Part shown: positions 39,290 to 50,923 of the stretch, piece by piece
How the letters are laid out: every line of letters starts with the position of its first letter
Position numbering within the stretch: position 1 is the first letter of the stretch
NCBI GenBank assembly: GCA_050084985.1
Contig: JBITNC010000001.1
Span: 150,598,001 to 150,662,000 of the forward strand
Length of the DNA stretch: 64,000 bases
Origin: Nageia nagi
Taxonomy: Eukaryota; Plantae; Pinophyta
Direction of reading: 5' to 3'
The notes under the pieces: generated by a model
What the model saw: only the letters and a program-made list of their open reading frames with translations
Told to the model about the DNA's origin: nothing
Database searches by the model: none
Made by a program: the position numbers and the translations under genes

Positions 39290-41300
39290 GCGGTGAGCAA
39301 GGTGTTGTCATTGTTGTTAGCACACTCAATTTGACTTGATTGGCGCAATGGTAAGTTTTTGGAGCTTGTACAAAGATGTTTGATACTTATAAGGATGTGT
39401 TCAATGTTCGGGTGAAGGTGTTGCAAGTTGTTTGTGCAAAATTGGCAAAATTGTAAACATTGTGAAAAAGTTGCAAACGTTATTAGAAAGTTGTTCGGAG
39501 CCTATTTGGAGATGTTCGATGCTTGTGTGGATGTGTTCGGTGCTTGGGTGAAGTTGTTGCAGGCTGTTATTGAAAAATTTCAAAAGTTGTCAAAACATTG
39601 CAAAAGTTGTTGGAATGTTGCAAATGTTTCTCAAACGTGCCATTGGACTGTGTTTGATAGCCCGACACATTGTTTGGAGCCTTGTTTGACAGTAGTGAGT
39701 GCAGTCTCAATGTTGGTGCAGCGTTGGACGAAAGACAGTACAATGTTGGACTGCTCGACAACTTTGTTGGACAGGTGCAAAATCTGCATCGGAGGCCACT
39801 TTGTTGGAGGTATATTAAGCAATTCGTGAGGAGTTAGACTTTGAAATTTTTACTGGAGGTAGACAGATCAATCAAGATGATATGTTTCATATTTCAGCTC
39901 AAACGGAGATCTGAGGAGGAAATAGTGGTTATTGCAAAACGGCTCCATAGCACTTTTTCGAGTTTTGGCTTGTGAACTGTTTGACGAAATGCCTTTTTCA
40001 GAATTTCAATGTGAAGTTGCCCAGGTATGGCAGAGCGAATTGTTTGACAAATTGCCTCATGGAAAGGCAACAATGAAATGAAGCAAACCGGTAGAGAAGA
40101 CACACAAATTGTTTGATAAAATGCATCGTCCATTTGCAGCAATGATGTATATACAGGGAGGCAGGCAATTTGTTTGACAATATGTTTCAGTTTATTAGCA
40201 GCTCCGTATGCCCAGAATTGATATGTGAATTGCTTAACAAAATACCTCATTCTTTTTGAAAAAGCAACGTGGTACATGGGTGATGACTTGGAATATAAAT
40301 AATTAAAAACTCCTTTTTATACAATAGGGTGGCTCAACGTTTAAAATAGCTGTTTTCTTAAGTTTTGTCAGGCGTTACATTTTGGTATATTGTGGCGTTG
40401 AGAGCACTGTCCTTTTAGAGGTTGATGACATTAAAAATTGAAAGTTTTTTTTTTTTAATTGTATGCTTTGAAAAATACATACAAAAACAGGGCAGACTGG
40501 CGTGACAAATGCAAGGGGCGAATGAAAAACAAATAAAATAACCAATGTTAATAAAAGATGCAGTTTTGAAAAAGCGAATATCTCCAGCTAGTTAGCGGAT
40601 GCCTGATCAATGATACAAATAAAAATTATGTCTACCTTTTGGAAAAACTTGCGCTCCATACAAAGGTAACTCAGCTTCTATTAGAAAAATATTCAGCAAT
40701 TAAGAAGGGCAGAGCTCCTGTGATTGATTGTATTCTTTTAAAGGCTGTGAAAATCAAAACTAAGAAAAATGTGGCAAAAACTTATAACGAAAAACAGTTT
40801 TTAGAAGACAGAAAATATGAAAAGGAAATGTGTGTGAAAAATGCTAGTTCTTGGAATTGAAAATGCACAAATAGGGAATATGAAACGCTGCCAGAGTAAC
40901 AATATATGCTGTGGAGTTACAAAACAATGAATTGGCGAAGATGAAACACTCTCGTGTTCAGAATAGGTGTTGAAAGTCAGTTTTGAAGAACACATTATTG
41001 ATACTACCGAACCGATAACCGTAAGCTCCAAGAAGACCTATCAGTTTTAAACCTAGCAGTTGTGTTGTGTTGAGGAAGGGATAAATAGACAGAATTTCAA
41101 TGATACAGTTTAACAGGGGTATTGAAAAGAGTATAGAGTGAGACACCTAATTGTGTATGAGACCGAGCAGTGTGTGTGACCCTAAGTGGTCTAGCTCGCA
41201 AAACTTCTCTTTTGAATACCTCTATCAGACCCTAAGTGGTCTAGCTCACAAATCTTCTCTGCTGAATAGCTCGCAAAACTTCTCTTTTGAAAAACTTGCA
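39290..41300. mobile_element. LTR-like non-coding insert replacing the RH-INT linker; contains the PPR-fragment array
   Basis: Pol homology stops at ~39290 and resumes at ~41300. Internal direct repeats (39370-39640 and 41178-41290) and TATAAATA at ~40294. Confidence 0.55.
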
Positions 41301-42949
41301 AAAGGATGGCTAGTTCTTTTTATTGGGTTGGAATGAAATATGATATCAAGAACTTTGTTGTAGAATGTGATGTTTGTCAACGACACAAAGGTGAGACTGT
41401 AGGTACTCTAGGATTACTTCAGCCTCTTCCCATACTAATGCAAACTTGGACTGATATTTTGATGATTTCATCGAGGGCCTTCCGAAGTATTAATGGAAAT
41501 ATATTATCATGGTGGTGCTGGATAGGATGTCAAAGTACATGCAATTTTTCTCCCTAGATCACCCATACGAGGTTGTCAATGTGATTCAACTTTTCCTTGA
41601 TAACCTTTTCAATCTCCACGGTATGCCCTCCATCATAGTCAATGATCAAGACCTTGCTTTTACCAACAATTTTTGGCGAGAATTCTTCAAGCTTTAAGGA
41701 ACTTGGCTCAATGTGAGTTCAATCTATCAACTCCAAATTGATGGCCAAATAGAAAATGTTAATAAGTGCTTGAAGACTTATTTGCATTGTTTTGCTTTTG
41801 CCCAACTTGTTCATTGGGTTAAATGGCTTCCTTTGGCAGAATGGTGTTATAATACTTTGTATCATAGTGCAATTAAGATGAGCCACTATGCATCAGTGTA
41901 TGGTCAAGCACCACCCATAGTGGCCTATTATGTTCTTGGTAGCACCAATGTTCAAGCAGTTGACACTTAATTAACCACTCAGGGGGATATCCTACACCTT
42001 CTTCAGGAGAATTTGCAGATTGCTCAACATCGTATGAAACAACAGGTTGATAAATAACGAATCAAACTCGAATTTTAGGAAGGGGACATGGTTTTCTTGC
42101 AGCTTCAACCATATCGCCAAAAATCTTTTAAGATAAAGGGACCCTAGAAGTTAGCTCTAAAGTTTTATGGGCTTTACAAAATTCTCCAATGCATTGGACC
42201 CATAGCATACAAGTTGGAGTTACCTGTATCCTCAAAAGTTCATCCAATATTTCATATTTCTTTTTCTCAAGAAGGTATTGGGTTCATAGGTAAAGTTTTA
42301 GACACAATTGCATGAATTCATAGAAGATGGCTTCATAATGATTGAACCTAAAGTGGTTTTGGAATGATGCACCCATTCGCTTCCTAATCACACCATTATT
42401 GAAGTTAATATTGAGTGGTGCATATTGGCACCTGAGGATGCGACTTGGGATGCACTTCATCAACTTCAACAACAATTTCCCCAATTTTTGCATTGAGGAC
42501 AAACTTCTTTTCCAAAAGGGGTGGCATATTAGGATCTCATATCGTAACATTTACTTATTCTAGTAGTTTATTTAATTATTGGCTTGTAATGTGGATCGTC
42601 ATACTTTTGTAAGGTGAATTGCCATTTTGTAATGAACCGCTAATTAGGGTTAGGATAACATGACTATAAATATATGTAAGAGGGGTAAAAATATCATCTT
42701 GGAGAATATTTGTCTTTTGAGTTGTAAGGAGGAAACCCCCTCAAAGCAAATTGTGATTCATATTGCTATTCATGCTATCTTAGTGTTATTCTAAATTGCA
42801 TTACTTGAATATATATATATGCTCTATTGCACTACAAATCTGTTGTTATTCCATATTTTCTTGCTATTTCAGCTCCCTTTTATATCTTCTAGATTCTTAA
42901 CAATTTGATTCAAGGAAATATTGAAGAATGTGATTGATCTTGCATAAGA

Positions 42950-43246
42950 GGCTAGCATTAGGGCATTGGAAGATGTTGGAGCATTACAACTTTGCATCCA
43001 AAATTTCAAGTTTTCAAAATCCTATGAGATAATGAAATGAGCTTTTGGTTTATATAGAATTTGGAAATCTAATATGGGATTCACCTAGATGGAGCTGTCT
43101 AGGATGATATTTACATAAGATAATATCAAATTAGATAATTTTACTTTAAGTTTGAATAGTCCAAAGTGCTATTTTTAAATAACTCAAGTAAATCACTTAA
43201 ATAAAGTCATTTTAAATTAGTTAAAATGCAATTGTAAGTGTTTACA
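42950..43246 (-). mobile_element. LTR-end fragment, inverted relative to the 34698 and 13459 copies
   Basis: The reverse complement begins TGTAAACACTTACAATTGCATTTTAA and aligns with 34698-34930. Confidence 0.7.
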
Positions 43247-43321
43247 ATACCGCATTTTATGAGCTACTCAAGAGAATGATTTTCATTGTACTCTTCCTGG
43301 GCTCTCATTGTGTCTTTACAG

Positions 43322-43417
43322 GCAGATGAGTATAAGGAATGCTTTTTAGGGATTTCTCCATCTTTGGCTATAATTACTAACATAGAGTGGGAGCATGTTG
43401 ATGTTTTTCAAGATGAG
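43322..43417 (+). CDS. murC: MurC internal exon C: ADEYKECFLGISPSLAIITNIEWEHVDVFQDE
   Basis: ttacAG acceptor and GTaaga donor; 96 nt. Carries the (E)ADE motif and the P..A..TNIE.(D/E)H.D motif typical of MurC. Confidence 0.93.
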
Positions 43418-43523
43418 GTAAGATGTTTTCACTCTTCATAAGTTATGCTGAGGTTTGTAATGTATCTGGTATTCGTCTGTAGTATAATGTCTTTCTGTTA
43501 TTAATTTCTTGATTTTCTAGCAG

Positions 43524-43600
43524 GCTGAAGTAAGGGAAGTTTTTAGAAAGTTTGTTATGCAAATCAAGCGAGGTGGAGTATTTATTGCTTGTGGTGACAG
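43524..43600 (+). CDS. murC: MurC internal exon D: AEVREVFRKFVMQIKRGGVFIACGD(S)
   Basis: Follows a 106-nt intron. Tandem acceptor TAG-CAG (43518-43523), donor GTgaat at 43601; ends in phase 2. Confidence 0.88.
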
Positions 43601-43780
43601 GTGAATCATCGAACCCCTCGTTTCATAACTCATAAATTATGTATGGATGAATGCAATAGTAAAACCCAGGTGATTTGTATTACATTTGTTTGAAGGATTA
43701 ACTGATCAACCATATGTTCAATGTTTTAAGGTAAAATTGAAAGATGTTAAGAAGCTAAAACTATTTTTCTACATCACATT

Positions 43781-44230
43781 TGAAAGAAAGAAGATTATAT
43801 GAAATAATATAAACACAACTTTTCTACAGTCTGGTGTTATACACACACATACACCCCTGTCTAATTTCCCCAGGATTAAATTATTGGGAAATTGTATGTT
43901 AGTAGCAAAATTCAGCAAGTTTTTAAAATACTTGCTGTTTATGGGTCTGAGTGGGCCTTGCCAAGCTGCTCAGGCACAAGTTGACAAGTTGTTATGAAAT
44001 AATATAAAATTATATGAAAGAAAGAAGATTATATGAAATAATATAAACACAACTTTTCTACAGTCTGGTGTTATACACACACATACACCCCTGTCTAATT
44101 TCCCCAGGATTAAATTATTGGGAAATTGTATGTTAGTAGCAAAATTCAGCAAGTTTTTAAAATACTTGCTGTTTATGGGTCTGAGTGGGCCATGCCAAGC
44201 TGCTCAGGCTCAAGTTGACAAGTTGTTATG
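43781..44230. repeat. Recent 216-bp tandem duplication with an 18-bp filler
   Basis: 43781-43996 and 44015-44230 differ at 2 positions by eye. Confidence 0.95.
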
Positions 44231-44814
44231 GGATTGCTGGTTTATTCTCTTACTCTAAAGTTTTCCCGAGTTAAAAAACTTTTTTGCCAAGTTGGTGAAA
44301 TACAGGAAATAGTTTCGAAACTTGCAGCTTTTTGATATTGTATACAAATCTCTAAATTGAGTCTAGTTGAATGCTTGTAGTCATCTGAACTACAAACATA
44401 TACATATGTTGATTTGGACTGAAATATTTTGCAGATTAACTTGACCACTTTTGATGTGGGTAAATATGGATTATTTTTCTCCTTAATATACTTAATCCTG
44501 ACCTATATAAATGTCTATTTCACTTTTAGAAATACAAATCTCAAGTGATCCAAGTTATTATTTAAGCAACAGTGCAAGTTTCTCAGAGCAATGATATTCA
44601 TTTGTTTACAGATAGTAGCATTTTTTTATTTTGACCAATGCCATGAAACATACATGATATCTATGAAACTTATGGGAAAAAGTTGGAATCCTGAAAGTCA
44701 AAATTATACATTTACTCGAGTTATAATGTTTTTTAAAATTATCACTTTTGAAAGTGGTAGCAAAATTATTTGAAGCATTTGGAGTGAAAACTCTAAAAAG
44801 CATTTGGTTTGCAG

Positions 44815-45010
44815 TCCAGGTGTGTGTTCCTTGTTAGAAGAAATACAACCAAAGTGGAGGGAATCTTGTGGGTTTACAAGAGACACCTCTGCACAGTGGG
44901 TGAGATTTGACTCTAGTTGTCACATAATCACGTACGGACAAGGGGAAAACAATGATTGGCGTGCTGTCTCTCTTACACCCAATGCAAATGGTGGTACAGA
45001 TTATGTAGTG
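44815..45010 (+). CDS. murC: MurC internal exon E: (S)PGVCSLLEE...HIITYGQGENNDWRAVSLTPNANGGTDYVV
   Basis: ttgcAG acceptor and GTacgt donor; phase 2 in, phase 0 out. Contains the TYG....D motif of Mur ligases and lies within ORF 44804..45085. Confidence 0.88.
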
Positions 45011-45462
45011 GTACGTTTATCTATTGCTAGTTTAATTATTTTTACTTTTAAATTTATCAATAAAATATTTCCTGGCTTTAACTAGCAATTTAATGGTCCT
45101 CTTTTAAATATATAATCTTTTCCATCTAATTTTTAAATAATCAAGAGAAGAAGTGAACATCCTTGATGTTATTTTCAAAACAGCAATGTGTCTAGAAACT
45201 TGCATAGTAGAGCTTGAGGGAACAAGTAATCAATCTTATATGTGACTGGTAGGGTTCAACAGAATATTGGAGTTATTATCAGGTCATGGAAGGGAGCTAC
45301 TAATTTTATTTGAAGATTCAGGATCCTAGGGAGCCTTTTTCCCATTAGGCTCAATATTTAGAACCTCTCAAACTTCAAAGTTCAAACAGAGAGTTTTCCT
45401 TAGCTGGGATGGGAGCTCTGTTACTTGATGTTTTTGACCTTTTTTGAAACCAAGGGTTTCAA

Positions 45463-48400
45463 TGTAATGTACCTTTCTAGGGTTTATCCATTTCAGCATT
45501 CAATTCCGCTTTCATTCACAAATTAGGGCATCAATCAACATGCTCATTAATCATACAAAACATGCATTCAAGCTGAATTATAACAGCGGTAGCCAAATCT
45601 GATATAAAACACTCATAACATGTGAACATGACCAAAACTAGGGCACAAATCAGATCTGTTACATAACAGAAATATAGCTCCAAAAGTACTCAATTCGCAT
45701 ACATTCCCATGCCCAAAGAAGATAGTAGCATAGCAGAAATATATAGGAACAATCATTAACATTTGAGATACAATATGAGAGCCAAGGCCCAAAATCATCA
45801 ATAATCAATAAAGAATAAATGTAGGGCTGTAACAAGCTTGTAACAAATTCTAGGGCAAAGCCCAAGACTCCAAAATGCTCAAATTGGACTCCTCAAGGTT
45901 GGCACAAGTCCCAAGGCAGCTCTCAAGCTTGGCGCTAGTCTCAAGATGACTCTTAATGGTTGGCGCAAGCTCCCAAATGGCAAGATAGATAGGTGCAAGC
46001 TCTCGAAGAGGTGTATAAGTGTAGATGAGCCACTTCTAGGCTAGGGAGTGGCCCTAAGCCCTAGAATGTAGAGAAGGGAAACATCCCTAAACTCCGAATG
46101 ATCCAAGATCGAATGCACAAGATGATGCTTTCAAGTGATCACTTTCCTTGCTTATGTAGATGTCCAAACTTGCAATTAGTGTCTCCCAAGGGCAGCTGAC
46201 TAGGCGGGCAGAATATAACATCATTAAGTGGCCCATAAACCCCCACGTTGGGTGTAGAGGCCCAAAATCATATTAAAATAGCTCTATTATAAATTTATCT
46301 CATCGTCCCTTATGGAATGCTCCCCAAGGGAGTACAAATATCGTTAAATACGTGAAATAAATTACTAAACTCCTACACTAATGATCAAAGTGAATAAGAT
46401 GAATATGGGGACATTACAAGTCCACCCTCCCTAAATTGCTTGCTCTCAAGCAATTCAAGGATGCATGCTCTCAAATGTGATCTCCTTCCCATGTAGCATC
46501 TTCAATTGGAAGTCCTTTCCACTTAATCAAATGCTCTTTGATGATCTTGTTCCTTAGTTTCCTTTCCCTCATTTCCAAGATAGTCTTTGGTTCCAAAATC
46601 AGCTTTCCTTCATCATCCAAAGGTGGCAACTCCATGGAAGGAGTATTGTGCTGTCCTAGTGCCTTTTTGAGGCATGAGACATGGAAGACATTATGGATCT
46701 TAATGCTGTTCGGTAACTTGAGTTCATAAGCAACATTTCCTATCTTCTTTGTGATTGGATATGGGCCATAAAACCGTGGTTTGAGTTTCTCCTTTCCATT
46801 CTTTTTCAAGGTGGACTGCTTGTGAGATTGTAATTTAACATAAACCATGTCTCCTACTTCAAAGTGCCTCTCAACTCTTCACTGGTTTTTATACTTTTTC
46901 TGATGTTCTTATGCTAATTGAATTTTGTTTTTTAGTGACTTCATGATGTCTTGGCTTTCTTGTACAAAATGTTGAGCTTTGGGTACACGGTTGTCATCAA
47001 TAAGCAAATCCATGAAAATTGGGGCATCATAACCATCTAATGCTTTGAATGGTGTCATCTTGATAGAGAGATGATGTGTTGTATTGTAACAAAACTCCCC
47101 TAAGTGCAACCAATTTATCCATGCTTTCTGCTGCTCTGAAACATAGTTTCTCAAATACTCCTCTATCCATTTGTTTACAATCTCTGTATGGCCATCAATT
47201 TTAGGGTGACAGCTTGTACTTGGGGTCAAAATAGTCCCACATAATCTTAATAATTCTTGGCAAAACATACTCATGAATAGGTTGTCCTTATCACTTATGA
47301 TGTTATGTGGTAACTGATAAAGTCTAAATATCTCTTTAAAAAATAACTCGGCGATTTGGGTAGCAGTGAAGGAGACTGAAATAGCAAAGAAATGAGCATA
47401 CTTTGTTAATTGATCTACTACCACATAATTGCAATCTTTTCCTTGTACCTTGGGATGCTGGATATGAAATCCATAAATATGCTTTCCCATTTTCGTTGTG
47501 GAGTGGGTAGGGGCTGAAGTAACTCGACTGGGAACACCTTTTCACCCTTGTTTTCTTGGCAAATGGCACACTCCTTGATGTGCTTAAGAATGTCATGCTT
47601 CATTCCTTTCCAAATGAAGTTTTCACGCAGTTGTTTGTAAGTCTTCATGTACCTTGGATGTCCTACTATAGGTGCGTCATACATGGCTGAAATTAACTTC
47701 ACTTTTACTCTGTATCTGAGGGAATAAAAATTCTGTTTTTACCAAAAACCAGTCCTTCTTTAATGCTGAACCTGTCATCATTTTGGCGTCCATCCAAGAG
47801 GCGGGATGTAAAATCATTCTTTGCATATTCGGTCATAACTTCTTCTTTCCAGTTGTTGATTAGAGTGGAAAGTGAGTAGAATGTGGGCACTCTTGAAAGT
47901 GCATCTGCTGCTGAGTTCCTTTTCCCCTTAATGAATTCAATATCAAAGTCATACGTTTGTAGCTTTCTCACCCACTTTTGCTGCCATCATTCAAATTTTG
48001 TTGTCCCAAGAAATGTTGTAAACTGTTGTGGTCTGTTCAGACTATGAATTTTCCACACACAAGATATTGTTGAAACTTATCCAAAGCATGCATGATAGCT
48101 AGCATTTCTTTATCATAAATGCAAAGTTTCTTTCTTGAGGTTTCAATTTTCGGCTTTCAAATGCTATGGGTTGCCTCTTTTACATGAGTACGACTCCTAT
48201 TCCCATGCCTGATGCATCACAATCAATGGTAAAAGGTGATGAGAAATCCGGTAGTACAAGCAGAGGAAAAGTGGTCATTACCTCCTTCAACTTCTCAAAA
48301 GACTTTTGGGTATCTTTGTTCCATATAAATACTCCTTTTTTTTCATTCCATCAAATAATCACTTAGGAAAACCATGCAATGAAAGTTTTCTAAGATGGAT

Positions 48401-50300
48401 GAGAAATTGACTTTGCTAGGGTTTGGGAGAATGAGTTCCAAAAGGATATTCTTTCATCATACTGCTGCAAGGTTTGGTTTTGATTTTGGCAGTAAGGAAA
48501 GTTCAGGCAAGGGTGGGGGACTAGGCTTGGTGGTAGATTGCTCCAATGGTGGGGGGGGTCTGTTGAGAGCTAAAGATGCTCTTTTGGAGAGGAGGTTTGC
48601 AGTGTGACTAATCCTTTGAGGAGCACTCTCATGATGGATCTTTTTATTTTTCCTTTATCCCTAGTGTTCGATGGTAAGGATTTTGCTCCAAAGGATGGCG
48701 TTCCTACCTCTCTCTATGGTACTTTCTGTAAGAAGGATATCGATTTTTGGTGCATGATTTATTCAATTCTTATGGTATCCCTGATCCTATCATGGTTGGT
48801 TATGATTACAACTTAGCTTCCCTTGATCCATTTGTATACGATGGAGGGAGGATGTTCTTAGATATTTCAAGGTCAGAGGAAAGGGATCTTGCAGCTTAGG
48901 AGGTGGAATTTGTGGGTGAACCTAAAGGGATCACAAAGGATGCTTGGTTGGTTAAATGATATATCTCAATGCTAGTTCCCTGCAACTTGGTTGCAGGTTT
49001 TCCCACAATGTTGGGAATTATTGAGAAGGTGGGTGACGTCTTGGATGAAAATGATATTACTGAGGTCATCATGGATCTGCTATGTTACCGATCTGGTTAT
49101 GTAGGGATGGTCTGACTATTGATTTTTGTAGGCCTATTATTTCTCTTTCATAGGATGATATCATTATTGCTTTGGGTGTAGAGGCTAGCCTTCAAGGTTG
49201 GTTCTCTAGCATAGGGTAGGCTTTAAATTTGTTAAGGCGCGTATCACTGACCTCGACCCATTAAGATTTGGTTAGTGCTCTAATGCTTCTTCCTATGAGG
49301 GATATGGTCTATTTTGAGGTGTCGCTTGGGTTGCAATATGCATGATGGGTCTCGTGGATTGATCAAGATCTTGAAGGGCTCTTGTAGGAGCTTGGTGATC
49401 CTTTATTTCCTTGGGCGAGGTTGTGCTCATCCTTGTCGAAGGTGTTATCTCCTCAAGGCCTCTCATTGTCATTCGGATATACTTTCCTTTCCTTCTGGGA
49501 TGTAGTCCTCAAAGGAAATATATTTTTCTGAGTGTGCTAGTTTTTTCTTCTTTTGGGTATATCTAGTTAGAAGAGGGTCTGCATTGAAAGGGTCCTCTCT
49601 TCTTTGCCCTTCTTTAGGGGAGGATTTTATGGGGATTTTTTTAAATATGTTTTTTTATGATAATTATTCCATGCTTCGAACTTTTTTTGTTCACAAATTC
49701 TAGGTTGAGGGACTCTATCTATAAGGATTTTTTATGCCCTAGTTAGGTTGAGGGATAGTTTCGAAGCTTCTTTCTGAATCAAATATGAATATGGGCTTTT
49801 TGTTAACTCTGTGAGAGGAGCGGTCAAGGCTGAAAACCCTTTGATGAATCTTCTATAATATGTACATAGTCCCAAGAATCCCCTCAAATGGGTGAGGATG
49901 GTTGGTGTAGGCCAATCCTGAATTGTTTTGATCTTCTCTTGATCCACTTGGACTCCTTTGTAACTGATGATGTGACCCAAGTATAATATTTCGGTCATCC
50001 CAAATTCACATTTGGACTCTTTTGCATAGAATTCTTGTTCTTCCAAAATGCTCATACTATGTCAAGGTGTTTTTGGTGATCTTCCCATGACTTGCTATAT
50101 ATAAAGATGTCACCTAAAAGGCATTACCAAAAATTCAAAGTGACCATAGTGACATCTAAAAGCTGTTTTGTGAACATCTTCTTCTCTAATCCTTATTTGG
50201 TGATATCCGGATCGTAGGTGAATTTTGGAGAAGTACTTGGCTTCATGTAACTCATCAAAAAGCTCATCAACACTAGGTATTGGATATCTATTTTTGATGG
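45463..50300 (-). mobile_element. 5'-truncated chromovirus: RT-RH-INT-chromodomain, PPT, 3' LTR 45463-46418
   Basis: LTR TGTAATGTACC...GGGACATTACA; PPT GGGAGGGTGGACT (46419-46431, minus). Chromodomain LIKWKGLPIEDATWE (ORF 46471..46848), INT 46909-47702, RT 49732-50300. Confidence 0.92.
48341..49795 (-). mobile_element. Retroposed-type insertion at the RT/RH junction of the chromovirus
   Basis: Host codons LTK|KGVF are interrupted. CTTTTT occurs on both sides (48335-40, 49796-801) with an extended T-run at the left end. No RT or endonuclease recognised. Confidence 0.55.
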
Positions 50301-50923
50301 TAGAAAAGAGCAGCAAATATAATCTCAGCAGTAGAAAAGATCTTTCTAAACCTTTTTAATGAAATATCTGAAGAAGACCATCTCTGATAGACTTAAGTCT
50401 TTAAAATCAGCATTGGCAACGAGAGAAAATGGAAAAATAATTAGAAACTTTAGGTTTTACATTTCTTTTCTTCTGCAAATTTAATGATGGAATAGAGTGG
50501 AGATATGGTTCAGCTGTACGTGAGGTTTGTTGTAGGAGATGTTTTTTTTCTTCACTTTGTGGGGTACCTGGCTGTTCAGAATTACCTGAAAATATTGACA
50601 TCTTTCTGAAACTACATGAATGTTTCTGGGGCAGCAGAAATGTCCAAGAATTTAGAAGCATTTCAGAAATGTTTCCAGGCAGTTTTCACTATATAGAACA
50701 CTTGAAATGGTAAATGAGTATACTTTAGACAGTTTGGTTCATTGCGGAGTTTATGTAATGTTATTATTTCTTTCAACCGTAACGTGTACATACTTTCTTT
50801 TTCAATCCAGACATCGACTGTTGGAGTGGTGAAAAAATATTAATTGTTGTATAGCTTCTGTTCTTTATGTTTATGATAGTAATTTACTGTTGCATTTTAT
50901 TTAGTTGATTGTGTGGTTTCTAG

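Larger units (their letters stand above)
35810..42902 (+). mobile_element. Heavily degenerate chromovirus (Ty3/gypsy): gag-PR-RT-RH-INT-chromodomain, PPT, 3' LTR 42527-42902
   Basis: gag FPKFGGDDPINWIYRAEQYF (~35825), PR LIDLGSIHSFID (~36560), RT GHYEFLVMPFGL and FVDD (~38535-38660), INT 41306-41970, EDATWD (~42433), PPT AAAGGGGTGGCA, LTR TATTAGGATC...GATTCTTAACA. Confidence 0.87.

Noticed and set aside
34698-43246. One large MULE- or CACTA-like element with long TIRs
   Set aside because: No matching TSD (ATCTC vs ATACC), TG-type LTR ends, and a third unpaired copy at 13459.
9847-46418. LTRs at 9847 and 45463 as the two ends of one element that captured murC exons
   Set aside because: The 45463 LTR has its PPT and pol on its right side, so its partner would lie to the right. 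The two LTRs also diverge in their distal parts.
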